Assembly: GCA_000708835.1 (NCBI GenBank)
Contig: DF237048.1
Location: 124,001 to 188,000 of the forward strand
Source: Klebsormidium nitens
Taxonomy: Eukaryota > Plantae > Klebsormidiophyceae
Direction: 5' to 3'
Length of the DNA: 64,000 bases
Shown here: positions 12,576 through 25,479 of the stretch, one piece after another
Layout: each line of letters opens with the position of its first letter
Position numbering within the stretch: the first letter of the stretch is position 1
The notes under the pieces: generated by a model
Databases searched by the model: none
Told to the model about the DNA's origin: nothing
Seen by the model: only the letters and a program-made list of their open reading frames with translations
Position numbers and translations under genes: made by a program

Positions 12576-12616
12576 GCCAGTGTGGCCCGAGTGGCAGTGC
12601 GCAAATACTTCTAACA
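12535..12616. repeat. Perfect 82-bp palindrome with no spacer
   Basis: The 41-nt arm TGTTAGAAGTATTTGCGCACTGCCACTCGGGCCACACTGGC is followed directly by its exact reverse complement. Confidence 0.97.
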
Positions 12617-15600
12617 GTAAAGACCAACATGAGCGTTGAATCTAGCTGCCCATTGAGCGGGTCTTACTAGTCATCGCCACGGCTGACAGCATATACAAAG
12701 AAACGGATACTAAACCTCGAAGAGGTCTAGTCGAGAATGAGAAGATGCGGCGCCCTTGCAGACTGAAATGAACCCCAAATATGGAAGTCGTTCGCCACAC
12801 CAATCAACTCAAAGTGGCCAAGACAGGATACCATTCACGGCGAGGATCGAGCAAAAAATCCAGGTTTTGCGCTTAGTTGAGCAAATGCAAGCCGCCGTCG
12901 ACTCTCATTTGAACGAACCGACGCTTTGACACTACTCAAATTCTCAGTAAGAGAAACTGTGAGTCGGACGGGCCCACTCGACCCTTGGGCGTTCCTGAAT
13001 ACCCGTTTCCTCAGTTGGTCGTCACAGCCACAGTTGTCGTCGCCTCGTCCCGGAACTTATGTGGGCGTCGCGTTCTATAAGCGCACTTCAGAGTCTGATA
13101 TTTGAGGACGATTTGAAGAGGTCAGATGGAGCCGTCTGATAGAGCCTTGAACTTAAATTCAAAATACGTTGGATTCGCAGATTAGTCGCGGGCATAAAAG
13201 CCCACACTCAAGCAAGACGAATAACGAGCTTCTTTCGAAGCGCAGTCTCAATTGCGCGCTGCAGACGCAGACTTGATCAAAAGCTCAAGAATAAACTTAT
13301 GACACACAAAAGCCCATGCGGACGTGTGGTGTCTTGAGTTTTGTTGAATGTATAAGGCGCACGTCATCCGTCACTGTAAGTGCTCATTGGCATCGCGGCA
13401 CGAACCGGGTCCTGTCCGGTTGTCCCGCTGCCAGCTTCGGATCTAACCAAAACCTGGAATCAATTCAAAGCACGTATTACTATACAAGCAGATTCAAAAT
13501 AGAAGGTACCCGCTTATACATATTTTGCGGACTGGTGTATTATAACCGCAACTAGTAGCTATGCATGGAAGATAGTCGACCTGTGGGTCCATCGCTCGAG
13601 CCCTTCGGTACGATAAGGTGGCTTCAAGAAGAGCTGGGGATCTGAACTTTGGGAGCTTTTAAATAAGGTCCCAGCAATTGATCCTCATTGCCGACACGAA
13701 CGGTTGGAGCAGCTTTTTGGAAGGGAAAAGAAAAAAAACTCTGACACGGAGCAAAGGTTTAGCAGTTCGAATGATCAAAAGAAGATCAGAATCTGAGGGG
13801 AGATTGCTAGGAAATGCTAGCATTTCATGCTCAACACATTAATTGGAAGCCCATAAGAGAGCTGTTTTTAAAATGCCATTGGGAGCTCCATGTCTTTAGC
13901 AGAGATGTCAGAACAAAGTGTTTGGTACTGCGGCGACGGCGGGCTTTTATACTGCTCAATTAACAAGATTTTGCAAAATCGAGTTCCCCAATCTCGTCAA
14001 AGGCCGGAACGAACTTCAAGAAAGATCAAACGTCAGCAGCTAAGCTCGAAAGCTCCGTTAGGCAGAAGGTAACAACGAAACTAGCCGCTCAAGCCGACGT
14101 GCCCCGCGATATGCATCGATCACCGCCTTGCCCAGCGGGCGTCATGAAAGGCCGCGCGCTTGCGCGACAATGTATTGTTAGTTGTTGGAGCCCAAGAGCA
14201 CAGTCATATCGTGCCAAGCCAGCAGAGTCGTACGTCTTATGTACGAATATATGTAAATGCCGAACGACCTTGCCGTTTTCAACCGGCTGGACGTTCCGTC
14301 CTGCTGGAACAAGTGGGCTTTGGGATGGACTACGAAGGAGCTGCCCGACTGCTTGTCCGTCGCGAGATACAGTCAGCCACGTATACGAACAGGTAAGGTT
14401 TGAGCGGCTCCGGCAAAAGCAGGACATGCACTATTCTCCATTAGGGAGCGGTTCAGATCCCCGAGCGTTCCTTCTTCGTTGCCGCAAGATGCCAGTACCC
14501 ACTTATAAATTTTCTGATCATAGCCATAAAACCCGAGTTACGGCTAACCAGTGGCTTAACACACAGCTCACAGACAGATCGATGCGAGCGCACGGAGCGG
14601 TCAGCATAATGTTCTTTGAGTATCCGCGGACCCAGTGCATGAGCTGGGCGAATACGTTTGGTTTGAACGGCATCTGCCAGGGCGGCCAAGCGACTTTACC
14701 GAAGAGCATCCAGAAGCCTTACACCCAAAGTGTTAGCCCGCAGGAAACGGCCACTCTTTGAGAAGAGGCTTTCATATGACAAGGAACCAAGAAGGCTTGA
14801 ATAGTGTCCTTCTCTCAGAGCCTCATTGAGAAAAGAAGTGTCAAACTCTTTTGCCACCCTGGAAGCAATCCAAATACGACTAGTTCCCACTTCCGAGATT
14901 TTGGGACCATCCAAAACGCCCGAATGCAGCGCATGAGCGGCGTCAGAGCCGTTTCGCTCTTCTTGACTATGAGCGGAACCATCTCCCACCTCAAGCTGCC
15001 AGTTGGCAAGTAAGCTGCTGTACTTAGCCCGCGGTCATTCTTGGAAACGCATCCGGCCTCGAGCAATCTCGGCCTGCCCATCGATATTAGTTGGAAGTCC
15101 AAATCCACATTGCTGTCCTTTCCAAGAGGTTCGATCAAGATGAAAACGTCAATCTTAGACGGGTGCGATTCGGACGAGCCACCTTGCGGCCGCAAACAAT
15201 CCCGTCGAGACGAAGGTAAGCATATCCAGCGCCTTCGAGTCGAACCACGTCAGATCGAAGCTTTCTCTCGTCAAGGGCAATATTACTCCAATGAGGTCAT
15301 CAAAACAGGTGAAGCAGGATTACTGCAGAGGTCTACCGCACCCTACTAATTCCAGAAATTGTGGCCTTCTTTATATCTGTCGAGTAATTTTCTGGGCTGA
15401 CCAAAGCCCACATTATGTCTCTCGCTCAATGAGAGGCTCAGAATGGCTTCTGCCTCCTCTGGCATTCGGAAGTGAGCTAGGAACAGAAGCGCTCACATGG
15501 TTACAGCTGCAGCATTTCCTCCTTGTATCATGGAATATACGGGTTCTCCCTTGACCTTGGATATGCGTCGTTCGGTCCCAGTATGCCTTTTCAAAGGTAA

Positions 15601-16399
15601 CCCCAAGATTGAGTGTGTATGAATGATGGCCCAGGCCGACTCGTAGACACGGCTTGGCTGAACCTGGCACGCCGTCATCAACGAAGAGGTCGCAAGGTCG
15701 CAAATTTACTTGCAGGCATCATGGACACGTTTCGACGAGCTCCGCAGTACTTCCATCATCGACCCAAATCAAATCAGATCAAAAGCAAATAATTCTGAAG
15801 CCAGCGGCAAGCATCAGGACTGGATTGAAAGGCTTCTATCTGAGAATCTTACGCGGCTCGCTAAGCGAAGAAAGCATGATTCGTCACCCATGCATCAACT
15901 GAGGGCGACGAAACTTCATTGCCGCTGATCCTGATGTTCGACTGACCGTTTCGTTTTAAGATAGATCATAAAACAGTGCAGCCCGCCAATCCAAATGATT
16001 ATATGAGCGAGCAATCTGTTTCTAAGCCGATTCGTTTATTGGAGCGAGGATTAAGGGATCTTGACACTCGACAATTCTAAGCAACAGGAGCACGGCACAG
16101 CACAAAACACAGCTGAAAGTGAACGAGCCGTGTGTACATCTCATAATAAGAACCAAACTTGGTAGGTGCGAGACAGTGGCAGAACCCGAGAAAGATTCGT
16201 TCAGTACTCCACCATAAGAAAATGTTCGCGGTGATTGAAGCACAGCAAGAATTACGTTGTAGCGTGGTCCTTGCAGCATAGAGCTAGAGGGCCCATAGAA
16301 AAAAGTCATAGCCGTTCAACGCTATCAAGGCCGGAGCTTTCGAGGAGCATTCGAGGAGCTTTCAACGATCATCGAGCAGCCCAAGCTGACTCAATCAAT

Positions 16400-16790
16400 C
16401 CATTTCGCCAGACTGCGGCCAGCTGCTCAAAACAACCGCCGAACCAGATGAACAATAGGATCAGCTCAGTTTCCAGTCGTACCAGATTAATACTGCCGCG
16501 CACATCGCCGTTTGGAATCAAAGGTAACTCTTTGGGCCTTCGACACTGACCGCGTCAGATCAACAAGGGCGCACGCCACGTCGAGCTCATTGGGTGCTGT
16601 TTGCAACGCAAAGAAAGGCCGTAGATCAATTGAATGATACAAAGAGGGCAGACAAAAGCGACTACTTGAATGATGCCTCACCATTGAGATTCCGCGGAAA
16701 GCCGGAAGTCGCACCCGACATGGGGAGTCAAAATGACTGCCGTCAGATTGTTGATTTGTGTAATCGACGCTCCGAGACCCACGCTCCGTG
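16400..16790 (+). pseudogene. Decayed ankyrin-repeat ORF
   Basis: One frame reads GQLLKTTAEPDEQ*..INTAAHIAVWNQR*..TASDQQGRTP..QRKAVDQL..NDASPL..RGKPEVA..NDCRQIVDLC. Contains TAAH/GRTP ankyrin-like hallmarks and 2 stops. Confidence 0.5.
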
Positions 16791-18734
16791 ACCAAGCAGC
16801 AAAAAAGTTTCCTTTACAGGCCACTGGCACATCGGGCCACAAACCTCTGGACCACTGGGCTTTACTGAAAACCCACTCTAGCGGCCGATCGTCATAGCCA
16901 GTGGTGTGGCCACCTCGTCTTGTAGAAATCGAGCAGCGAAAGGATTGGTGGCATGTCAAAGCCCCCCGTTTCGAGGCTGTGTATTGTTGTCGCATCATGA
17001 AAGGGAAACGCATATACAGCCCCCTGTGTTTCGTTATCGCATTATAGAAAGGAACCAAGTATAAAGCTTTATGAAGACCGTATGTGATTTGGAAACGAAG
17101 CTTCCGTCACCACCGCGTCAGCGTGACCCCATTTTGCATTTTGAGGTTGTTCTAGCGTTGGAATTGTGATGGAAGCGGTTCGAGCGCAATTCGCAAATGG
17201 TTATTCGCTTTCGTATACCGCATGCTGACGTCCATGCAAGACGTAGTATACCGCTGCAACTACACAAGACACGTTAATCCAGGTACGTGATTGGCTCTGG
17301 TAGGCGCCTCGGCGATTATGGGCAGTCGCTATGAACCCAGTAGAAGCAGACACGGCCCTCTTGCCAAATTATTATAAAGAACATGGCATGCATGTTCACT
17401 GTGGCTTAATTAGATTTGAACCGTCAGAGGACCGGCTGAGGGAATGCGCAGAAGATCCATCAAAGAGTCGAAGCGCTGACCAACTCAAATCCTGCAATTT
17501 GGAGATCCCAGGACGTCATTTGACAGTCCGTCCCATAAGATGCTACGAAGAATCAGCATCAACGAAACAGAATCTGTTCAGCGAGCTGTCCGGCTTGAAT
17601 TCCCGCTAGCCGCGGCGGCAACAGGAAACTAGAATACTCCGACACAACTTGGCATGCCACACATGCAGAATATCGAGGCGTGAGACAAGAATTGCGAACG
17701 TGAAAGAGCGAACCAAGATTTCATCACATACAAGTTTAAGTCTGATTGTGATTCCTGGCGAAGAATGCGATCAACATGTTGAAATGATGCTTGATAGAGT
17801 GGCTTCCCGGTCCATTCCCTGAGTAAAGGATTAGGAACGCAGGCTCAATTGTCAAGCTTCGGGAGACCCTCGCTGCCATGGAGAATGTGAATAGGAAAAC
17901 ATTCATAGCGCGCGGGCGCACGGGCGCGCAAGCTTGCGCAACCAACTTGATGTTCGTTATTTGAGATGTTTTCGGAGCCTTCCAACATACTAAGGCCCTG
18001 TTTCAAGGTTTCATCTGAGTGCTTGTCAGCAAGTCCTTTTGTGGGCTCAACGGGCTGCTCGGAATGTCAAAAGCAGCCCGGTCAGAAAGCCCGGCTGCAC
18101 AACCCGCGTGCCAGCTGCAGATTCTTATTTTACCGAATCCCTCAGTTTGGAACCTGACGAGGCCCAGAAGACGGCTGGCTAAGAATCCTTTCCAATCTGG
18201 TCAGGATTCGCCAAGAACTCAGAAAAGGAGACACGAGTTCTCGAGAAAGGTGCGGTACCTAGCCGCGCGAGGGGAACAGGGGACCCCTGGAAAACGCAGC
18301 GATCCGTTGAAGGCAGGTTAATTTGCCCTTCTCCTCAAGAGCAATCTCAGGAGCAGGCTCTTGAGGATTCATAGAGCGATCGAAGACCCAGAATCGAGTA
18401 CTAAGGGACAAAGGCAGCGGCTCAGACAGGATCAGCAAGCTCTATGGGATAGTGAACCGGTCGGTTCGATCGACTCACCGCCAGGCCTAGTACTTCATTG
18501 CCAGTACGCCGGTAGCATCCATATACCATGAAAACCTGCTAGAAGACCCAGAAGCAGCGCCAGAACAAGAGCACAATCTGCGACTTCTTCGTGCATCACA
18601 CAGGTCTCAAACAGATACCGTCGATCATAAATAAGCCCAGAAAGGCGAGTACCATTCAAGGTCGTGCAGGAAGTCAGGCGTGCACCGGTTGAAACAGTCA
18701 AATTAAAGGCAAGCCATCATATTTACTCTGTAGA

Positions 18735-19545
18735 ACGTTTGACGAGTCGGTCGACAATCCGGCCTTCGATCGAGCAGAAAGTCTGCCTTTGACGGGCCAG
18801 CTCGGACGTGGATGATTCCATTGCGTGGGCGTTCCTAGATACCCATTCTGGCGTCATAGCTAGCCGTTTTTGCCACCTTGTCTTGCAGCTGACTTGAAAA
18901 CTTGGATGATGTCGATGTCGAAGCGTAGGATCCGCTTAAGCGGCGGCGGGGCTACCCAAACCCCTTTGGCGAACCTTCAATTCTGAAATTGTTTTAGTAA
19001 GTTCGCCTGAAAATTAGATGCTGCTTCAACTCAATGTCGGCGGCTGCACAAGACAAGAATGTGGAAAAAGAAGCGGCATAATCCAGCGCGCCCACTTCGT
19101 ATCAAAGGCAAGCCACCGTAATGATTCGTAGAACAATTTGAAGAGTCGGTCGACGATCGGCCGGCCTTCGTGCACATTTAAACAGCAGAAAGTGTGCATT
19201 GGGCGGGCCAGCTCAGCTCAGATCTCGGCGCGACATACCAATGGGCGTTTCTAGACACCCATACTGGCTGTCACTCGTCATAGCTATTGTGACCACCTCG
19301 TTCTGCAGCTGATTTCAAAACTTTGATCACGCCGAAGCGTAGGATCCGCGGAAGCGGCGGGGGTGCTAACCAAACCCCTTTGGCGAACCTTCAATCCTGG
19401 ATAATTTTCGGTGCGCTGCCAAAAAATAGATTCTAGCTGGGTCAAATAAGGTGTCGGCTCCTGATCAATGACGAAAAGATGGAACGGTAAAAGGCAATCT
19501 AGCGCGCCCTATACTTCGTATCGATGTTTTGGCGCGTATTATCAA
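18735..19545 (+). repeat. Degenerate ~0.4-kb tandem repeat (family B), two copies; related fragment at ~12975-13050
   Basis: Shared anchors GAGTCGGTCGAC (~18745/~19143), TGGGCGTT(C/T)CTAGA(T/C)ACCCAT (~18827/~19242), CGAAGCGTAGGATCCGC and AAACCCCTTTGGCGAACCTTCAAT. Translates with synonymous changes as ESVD..PAF..AES...GQL...WAFLDTH. Confidence 0.85.
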
Positions 19546-20899
19546 AGGACCAAGTATGACCATTCTAAGTTTTGGAAGATCAGACCAATCACACGTACGT
19601 CGGAGCGAAGCAGATTCCTTCGTACCCCGTGTACGCTTCCGGAGCGCAAAACCGTGCTCCAGCCTCCACTCCAACCGACCCTTTTTATCTCTCCGAATTG
19701 AAATCTGATTTCTGGGATGGAGTCTGAAGCAGCCGGACTGGTTGCCGTCGCACAAAAGAAATGCAGTCAGCTTGTTCAAACAATCATAGCATGAGCGGCT
19801 CTAACAGTGAAAGGGTACTCTTCGCTTCGATGCTTGTACTGGGAAGACCCCAGATGGCAAAAAGTTCCTTCTTCCTTGCCGCAAAATAATTTGAGCCGTC
19901 CGCAAGGCGACTTATGGGGGTTCCGGACTTCAGTAATAGTCAGTCCAATGCTTTTCCACGTAAACGGAGCGGTTGGCAAGGTGCTGGAACACCAGCGTTC
20001 TTGGGTTGCATCAAAAGTGCAGTTACGTATGGGGTCAACAGCAGTCTTATGCGCAAACGTGCATACTCAGACGCTGCCAAGCGACTTTGACGACGAGCAT
20101 CGGCGCGCCGAGGTCTGTGCGACCCGGCTCAGCAACCCTAAATCGACAGAGAAACAACGATCGCATCTGGCGACGAAACAAGAAATCAGATGTATACGAA
20201 GAATTCGGCAGTATGCTTGGAGACAAAGCGCTAGAAGCTTGCGCAAACGTTCATACAAACATACGGAATTTGATGGGCATTGCAGAGAGTCGGTGGATCA
20301 ATCGCATGTCAAACGAACGCAGGCACCTTGACATCTCTCTCGCAAAAGGTCGGCAGGTCGGCTCCAGAAGAAAGATGTCCACGAGCCCCGGTGGCCCAGC
20401 TTGTCGTCCAGTCGGATCGACATTAAAGCTAGCATGCATCTGCCAGAGCGAACGTCCACGTCAAAAAGCGGTCAAAACAGGAAGTACTAATGTTACAAAG
20501 GCTTCAACGGACGACGTCGATGGCCACAAATGACGACCAAAATGTGGCACGTCATGGGCGCCCCTGATCGCCCCTGATCAGCGAAGTCATGGCCTTGGCG
20601 GTCTGCAATAAATTGCGTCACAGATAGAGTACCTTTGCCAAGTTGAACATAAATTTGATACAATGAGAACGGCTGAGTAGGCCCCGCGTCGAACCCACGT
20701 TAAGCTTTGGAGCCCAGCTGGTGCACCCTTTTCGAAACAACTCATGAATGTTTCGATCAACTTTTCAGCCCCTTCGGATTCATGCGAATCGCATGACTGG
20801 CATGTTCACGTTTGTGTCGGACTTCGTCCCTCCCAAAACACCAGGCTAGGGGATGATTTCGATTCTCACTCAAAGAAAGGTCATTGAACTTCATTTGGA

Positions 20900-21150
20900 A
20901 ACAATTTCGGAGAGTCTTGTTTCGAAGGGCAGTCATCCCGTCACTGCGGTCGAAGACAGTTCTGTACCGAAGGAGGCCTGGCTTCGGGAACTTCACGGTC
21001 ATCCAGATCACAGGCTGGTAGAACTGGGTTAGAAAAGGATGATAACCACTCCTGCTTGCTGCACTTGACATCGAGTCCCGTGCGTGTGACCTGGTGGGCG
21101 AACCGCGAGATCAGCCGCCTGCGCGAGTGTATGGAGAATCCTCGTGATTA
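20900..21150 (+). repeat. Truncated 5' fragment of the 3.7-kb unit (family A)
   Basis: GTGACCTGGTGGGCGAACCG (~21087). Reads GGLASGT..SCLLHL..VTWWANRE, matching DGLARGT..CLLLP..VTWWA of the array. Confidence 0.6.
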
Positions 21151-21779
21151 ACCCCTGGAAACCAGGCCGATCCATGAGTCATAAGTTCCCAGGCCTGCTG
21201 GTTCACGAAGAGCGTAATAGTATGGACGTGGCTCAATACAAGACGGGATTAGAGTGGGTCGAAGGCCCAAAATTGGCGTTGCTTCCTAGCCACAGCTTGG
21301 CGAGCTTGACATAGGACCTTCTCGACAACCGCAAATCACCGTGTCGTGACGACCAAATAGGGGGCTTTTATAAGACTCTTTGACATATACCAGATTATGT
21401 GCGGCAGTCGCCCGGCATGATGCAAAGTTCTGAAGAACCGCAGGGTACCAAACGCGGAGCAAGAATCGTAGGGATCAAGCCCGTATCAGAAGTATCAAAG
21501 ACTTTCTCCTGAAGTATGGAGCACCCTGACGGCCTTCGAATGATGCATGGGCAAAAACCAAACATGCGAAATCCAAAAACGGGAGTTTCGCAGGCTTTTG
21601 GAGCGCAGCAAATGCATTCGCAAAATGAGCCATAATGCATCTCAAATGAGATGAGGACACTATTTCTATTTCTGCTGCCAACTGCAACTTGAAGCAACAC
21701 GCTCCCGGCCCCTTCCTAATGTCTTCGCTCCTTGCCAGATGTTAATCCGTTATGCCAATCAAGTTTCTCGGAAAAGTTG

Positions 21780-24700
21780 GGTTTTTAAACACGACAACTT
21801 GCATGCAAATGATGGAACCAAATGGGTGGGCGGCTTGACAGGCGTCTATTGTGGTTTTCAGAAGATTGGCACCTTCGAACAAGCGTGGCATGACGCGGAC
21901 GTAACTGTGGAGGAGCGAGGCTGTTTGGTCCTGCCGTCGCATCACCCGAATTTTCCGCCGCACACTGTTTTCTTAAGTGTGACCTGGTGGGCAAACCGCC
22001 GGATGGGCCTCGAAGCAACCCGAAAGGAACTTGAGAAGCCTGAATGCGCCCGCGACGAGAGGAGTCGGAAGAGAATAGCGCAGCGTTAAAAACAAACCAG
22101 TCTGAAGGACACGAAGAGGAGAAACGAATCAGAGTATGAAAGTGGCTCAGGGAGACATGGCTGGGGTGGGCTGCTGTGCCCAACACCTGAAAGCTTCCTA
22201 ACCACCGCTGAAATGGTTTCTCCGTTTTCCGCCACGGTTAACAAACCGAAACCTGCCGCCAAATTGGCCGACGTACTTAAACGTTTTCGTGCCTACCTCA
22301 TACTATATTATGCCCACCAGTGTCTTGTACTTTGCACCAGCAAGCTGCAAAGCCGGAAAAACACCAACTAAGGACCGGCGTAGTACGACGTCGCCAGAAG
22401 ACATCTTCTTCAGGAAGAGTGCAGAAAAACGAGCAGGCTCCCCGGAATCAACGATAACAAAGCCTGACTGCCCGCCAACGAGACATGAGTCAAAAACCGC
22501 CTTGTCAAAGGTCAAGAGACATGATCTCTAGAAACGATGTTGAATACATAATTTCTGGGGGCGGCCAAAGCTTTTGCGGACCGTCTCCATGCAATTCGTT
22601 TCTCGTAAGATGCACGGAGAGCCGCCCCTCCTGTGTCAATACGAGGAAGGTCACTTTCGGCTGCGCCTTATCGCGCACGTATCATCCTGAGATTTCAGGA
22701 ACAAGGCTGATTGAAAGCCCAAGTCCTACCGGAGTGTTGCGGAAAACTTAATCTGTTCCGCTTGCTTGATACTAAACACGACTTGACCAGGCAGCTAGAA
22801 ATGTTGGCACTACTCTTAAACGCTCTGAAAGTGGTTCTCAGGCGAAGACGTTCCGATATTCCTAGTCAACTCATCCTTGTACGCAGAAACGCAAATGGCC
22901 GGGCATGCACCTGTACCATCGATGAAGACAAAGGAGAAAGACATCTCACGACGGCTTCTCCGGATCAATTTAGCAAGGGCAATGCCAAAGAAAGCTCCTG
23001 GGTCTTTCAAAGCGCCGGAAAAGGTTAATGGCTCTTTCAATGAATCGGCTCAGGCACATCTCATGCTTCAGGAAAAAATGAAGGACACCCAATGGACACC
23101 CTAATGCAAGCTCCACTTGTCACCCCCCAACGTCCTGGGCCAATACATATCATGGATTAATGATCGAGTCGACCGATGCAATCCTAGTTCGTCAGCCTCA
23201 CTCGATCTCGACTAGAGGCAAAGTCGAGCGGCTCCGACCTGAGATCCTTATATGGCGTTGCATGAGCGCCGGTAGGATAAGTCACGATTTTTTTGAGTCA
23301 TTGCCGCACTGGTAAGGGTCCTCCATTCCTAAAGCCTGGTTTCAGGGACATGAGCGTCTCCGAAGATTTTCGTAAGAATGCGAGAAAACAGTGGATCCAA
23401 GGAATGCCGGTGATCCCTGCACATGGACACTTCTCTTAGAGCCCATTCACATGCAGTATACATGGAGCCGGCGGCGTACAGCGGAAAGCCACAGTGTCAT
23501 ACGTCTCGTCAATCAAAATTTTCAAACTTCAGATGATTCTTCCAGGAAAAAGCAAGCTAGCTGAGAAAGACAGGAAGATATTCACCATTCGTCGAATTGC
23601 AAGTACAGAAGGTCTCGCATGCAGGTTAAGCTGACCATCGCTCTGTGCCCAAGAAGACAGGTGGATGCTGAGCCTCCAAACGAAGGCCCGTGGGTCTCGT
23701 CATCGCGTCTATAAGAGGTACTGGGAGTAGCCGATTCGGACTCTGACCGCTCTGGTTTACATCTTCGTACAGTATCAATTTTAGAAGCACAAGAAGCATG
23801 CCAAGGCTGCTAGGATTCAGAATCAGACGCGTAACCAGCCAACGTGCACAATTATTTTGCTGCTACCATTGAGGAGACTGGGCAGCTGCACCGGACTGTG
23901 ACCTTTATGAAACAAGTTTTTTACCTCCAGCGCTTTAATGACTGAACGGAATAAAGAGTCTAAAGTAGTAAAGGACTTCCTTACACTAGTGAAAATCCAA
24001 TCAGAACGTTCATGGCACTCGTTATGCCTATATGCCCTCAGAAGCGCGGCTTTGGAACGTAAGCTGAAGGCTATTCATTTACATTAGCATGACGCTACGT
24101 CGTTGTGTTGATTATGCCAAGAGGTCAACGCGGTAGCCAACTTACGGCCCCAAAGGAAAGCCGAAGACGAGCAACATCGTTTCTGTGACGGTAGTGGAGG
24201 CAATCTGAAGCTTTCGCATCCTCCATCATCGTTCGCGAAATAGCGCGAGCTGTGCGATTTCGTCAATGCCACTTTGGAGAGAAAACGTGAGCGCGGGACT
24301 GGGCTTGCAACGAGCAGTCAAGCGCTCGAGAGAAAGCACGTCTCGGGCCGAACCTTGGTGCAATTTAGTCCGCCAGCAGAACGTACGGTCGCGCTTCTGA
24401 CGGCCCCTGACCAATCCCAGAGTCTGACTACACAATGACCGCCCGATATACTGCTGGTGAGAAGGAGAAGTAAAGCCGAAATTTCGGCGAACGCGCACCA
24501 GCAAAAAAGAGGTGGGGACCCAAAAGGGACATCAATAGGGGCTCGGATCAAAGGACTTATGTCCTGTGCAGTACTGAGCCGGCCGGTTGCAAATTGCATT
24601 GTTACGATCTTTCGACCGGGCAATGATTGGAGCCTGCAAGAGGTGCTTAGTTTCAGGAAACACAAGGTCGAACCTTCTTGCAGATTAAACCATCGTCGCG

Positions 24701-25450
24701 AACAAAGTGGGGTGTTTGGCAGCTTTGCGTCGAACCGTCATTTGTTACGCAGACCTTGTATACATTTGTAAGGCAGCAAAAGTTACACCGGGGATGTGTA
24801 TTCAACGCATCAACGCTCTCACGTTGGCAAACATCTAAATACTTGAAAGCTGGCCTCCACTGAAGTGACGCAACGTTTCCCTTTCAGTGCAACGGGTTCG
24901 AGCACGCTCATTCGACGTTGTCAACTGAGCTGCACGACTAGTCCCGAGAGGGAAAACCGGACTGACTCAAGTTCATAGTACTGTCTGCATCTGAATCGGA
25001 GCGAGACATAGAGGTAGATGAAAATACAATGAGAAATAGATACATGTACATAAGCGCAAGAGTTAGCAACAGACACGCCTGAGGGGCGCGTGGATATGAT
25101 ATATGGCGGCTCTGATCTTGCAGACGACGAGATCCCGCTTGAGCCTTCTGGCTGCCCAAAAGCTCAAGCATAACCTTGTCATTACCGCACTAACATCAAG
25201 GACCTTCCCAAAGTCCCGAGCTTTCCAAAGTGAGCTTGAGCCACTTTGAGGGGCATGTGGCGAATCTGAATGCTGCGCTCTCAGGCTAGGGGCTCTGGCG
25301 CACGCTCAAGATTACGTGTCCTTCTTCAACAGAATATCGTACTGTTGGACTGAAACGAAGGTCACGCGGCTACAGTACAAAACTACGGTAGTTGGATTTT
25401 TGAATAAAATCAGAATACGGCGAGCATGCACGCCTTGCGGATTCCCTTAC
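21780..25450 (+). pseudogene. 3.7-kb unit, copy 1 (most diverged)
   Basis: Anchors GTGACCTGGTGGGC (~21979), AGCCTGACTGCCC (~22461), GAAGCGCGGCTTTGGAACG (~24042), GCGAGCATGCACGCCTTGCGGATTCCC (~25420). Many stops and frameshifts. Confidence 0.8.
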
Positions 25451-25479
25451 TGCATTGTCCGCCCAAACGAGAAGGTGAT

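Noticed and set aside
14099-14761. 220-aa ORF as a real gene
   Set aside because: No recognisable motif, and its Cys/Arg/Ser-rich composition is typical of a spurious frame. Overlapping frames are equally uninformative.
18110-18200. TPR-like YFTESLSLEPD
   Set aside because: One short match with no adjacent repeat.
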